This document shows positions 60,301 through 60,743 of a DNA stretch of 60,743 nucleotides, in pieces. How positions within the stretch are numbered: the stretch's first letter is position 1; the number at the start of each line of letters is the position of its first letter. The notes under the pieces were generated by a model that was not told where the DNA came from, made no database searches, and saw only the letters and a program-made list of their open reading frames with translations. This DNA is from Macrostomum lignano (lineage: Eukaryota): assembly GCA_002269645.1 (NCBI GenBank), contig NIVC01001576.1, positions 1 through 60,743 on the forward strand, given 5' to 3'. The position numbers and the translations under genes are program-made.

Positions 60301-60743
60301 GATGCTTTAATCGGGCTGAGCCAGATCCAAGTTCGATGCTTTAATCGGGCTGAGCCAGATCCAAGTTCGATGCTTTAATCGGGCTGAGCCAGATCCAAGT
60401 TCGATGCTTTAATCGGGCTGAGCCAGATCCAAGTTCGATGCTTTAATCGGGCTGAGCCAGATCCAAGTTCGATGCTTTAATCGGGCTGAGCCAGATCCAA
60501 GTTCGATGCTTTAATCGGGCTGAGCCAGATCCAAGTTCGATGCTTTAATCGGGCTGAGCCAGATCCAAGTTCGATGCTTTAATCGGGCTGAGCCAGATCC
60601 AAGTTCGATGCTTTAATCGGGCTGAGCCAGATCCAAGTTCGATGCTTTAATCGGGCTGAGCCAGATCCAAGTTCGATGCTTTAATCGGCTGAGCCAGATC
60701 AAGTTCGATGCTTTAATCGGGCTGAGCCAGATCCAAGTTCGAT
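48313..60743. repeat. 34-bp tandem satellite (ATCGGGCTGAGCCAGATCCAAGTTCGATGCTTTA), about 365 copies, continuing past the window end
   Basis: Exact 34-bp period (60-base lines repeat every 1020 bp up to about 59400). The only variants seen are 1-bp deletions in the GGG/CC runs in the last 1.3 kb. Confidence 0.99.

Noticed and set aside
48313-60743. CRISPR array (34-bp repeat with partial dyad symmetry)
   Set aside because: Units are head-to-tail with no unique spacers, there are no cas genes, and the context is eukaryotic with spliced genes.

Overview
Eukaryotic (metazoan) genomic DNA. GC-rich, Ala/Pro-rich exons are separated by introns filled with minisatellites, a style that resembles the flatworm Macrostomum (inference only). 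Four intron-containing genes can be rebuilt by hand. (1) A Fasciclin II/NCAM-type adhesion gene (5 Ig + 2 FN3 + probable GPI tail; minus strand, 1004-6572) carries two single-base deletions. (2) A PHF21A/BHC80-like chromatin gene (plus strand, 8 coding exons, 19459-29728) has a non-canonical PHD region. (3) An Iroquois TALE homeobox gene lies on the minus strand at 41182-42961. (4) The 3' part of an unidentified single-pass membrane protein gene (minus strand, 47418-~48345) runs straight into a >12.4 kb, essentially invariant 34-bp tandem array that fills the rest of the window. Between Fas2 and PHF21 are a CpG-depleted decayed domain and a stack of four DNA-transposon insertions, three with readable target-site duplications. 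A tRNA-derived SINE sits inside a minisatellite upstream of Irx. More than 20 distinct simple or tandem repeats are present. No CRISPR array, rRNA or intact tRNA is supported, and most ORFs in the supplied track are translations of repeats.
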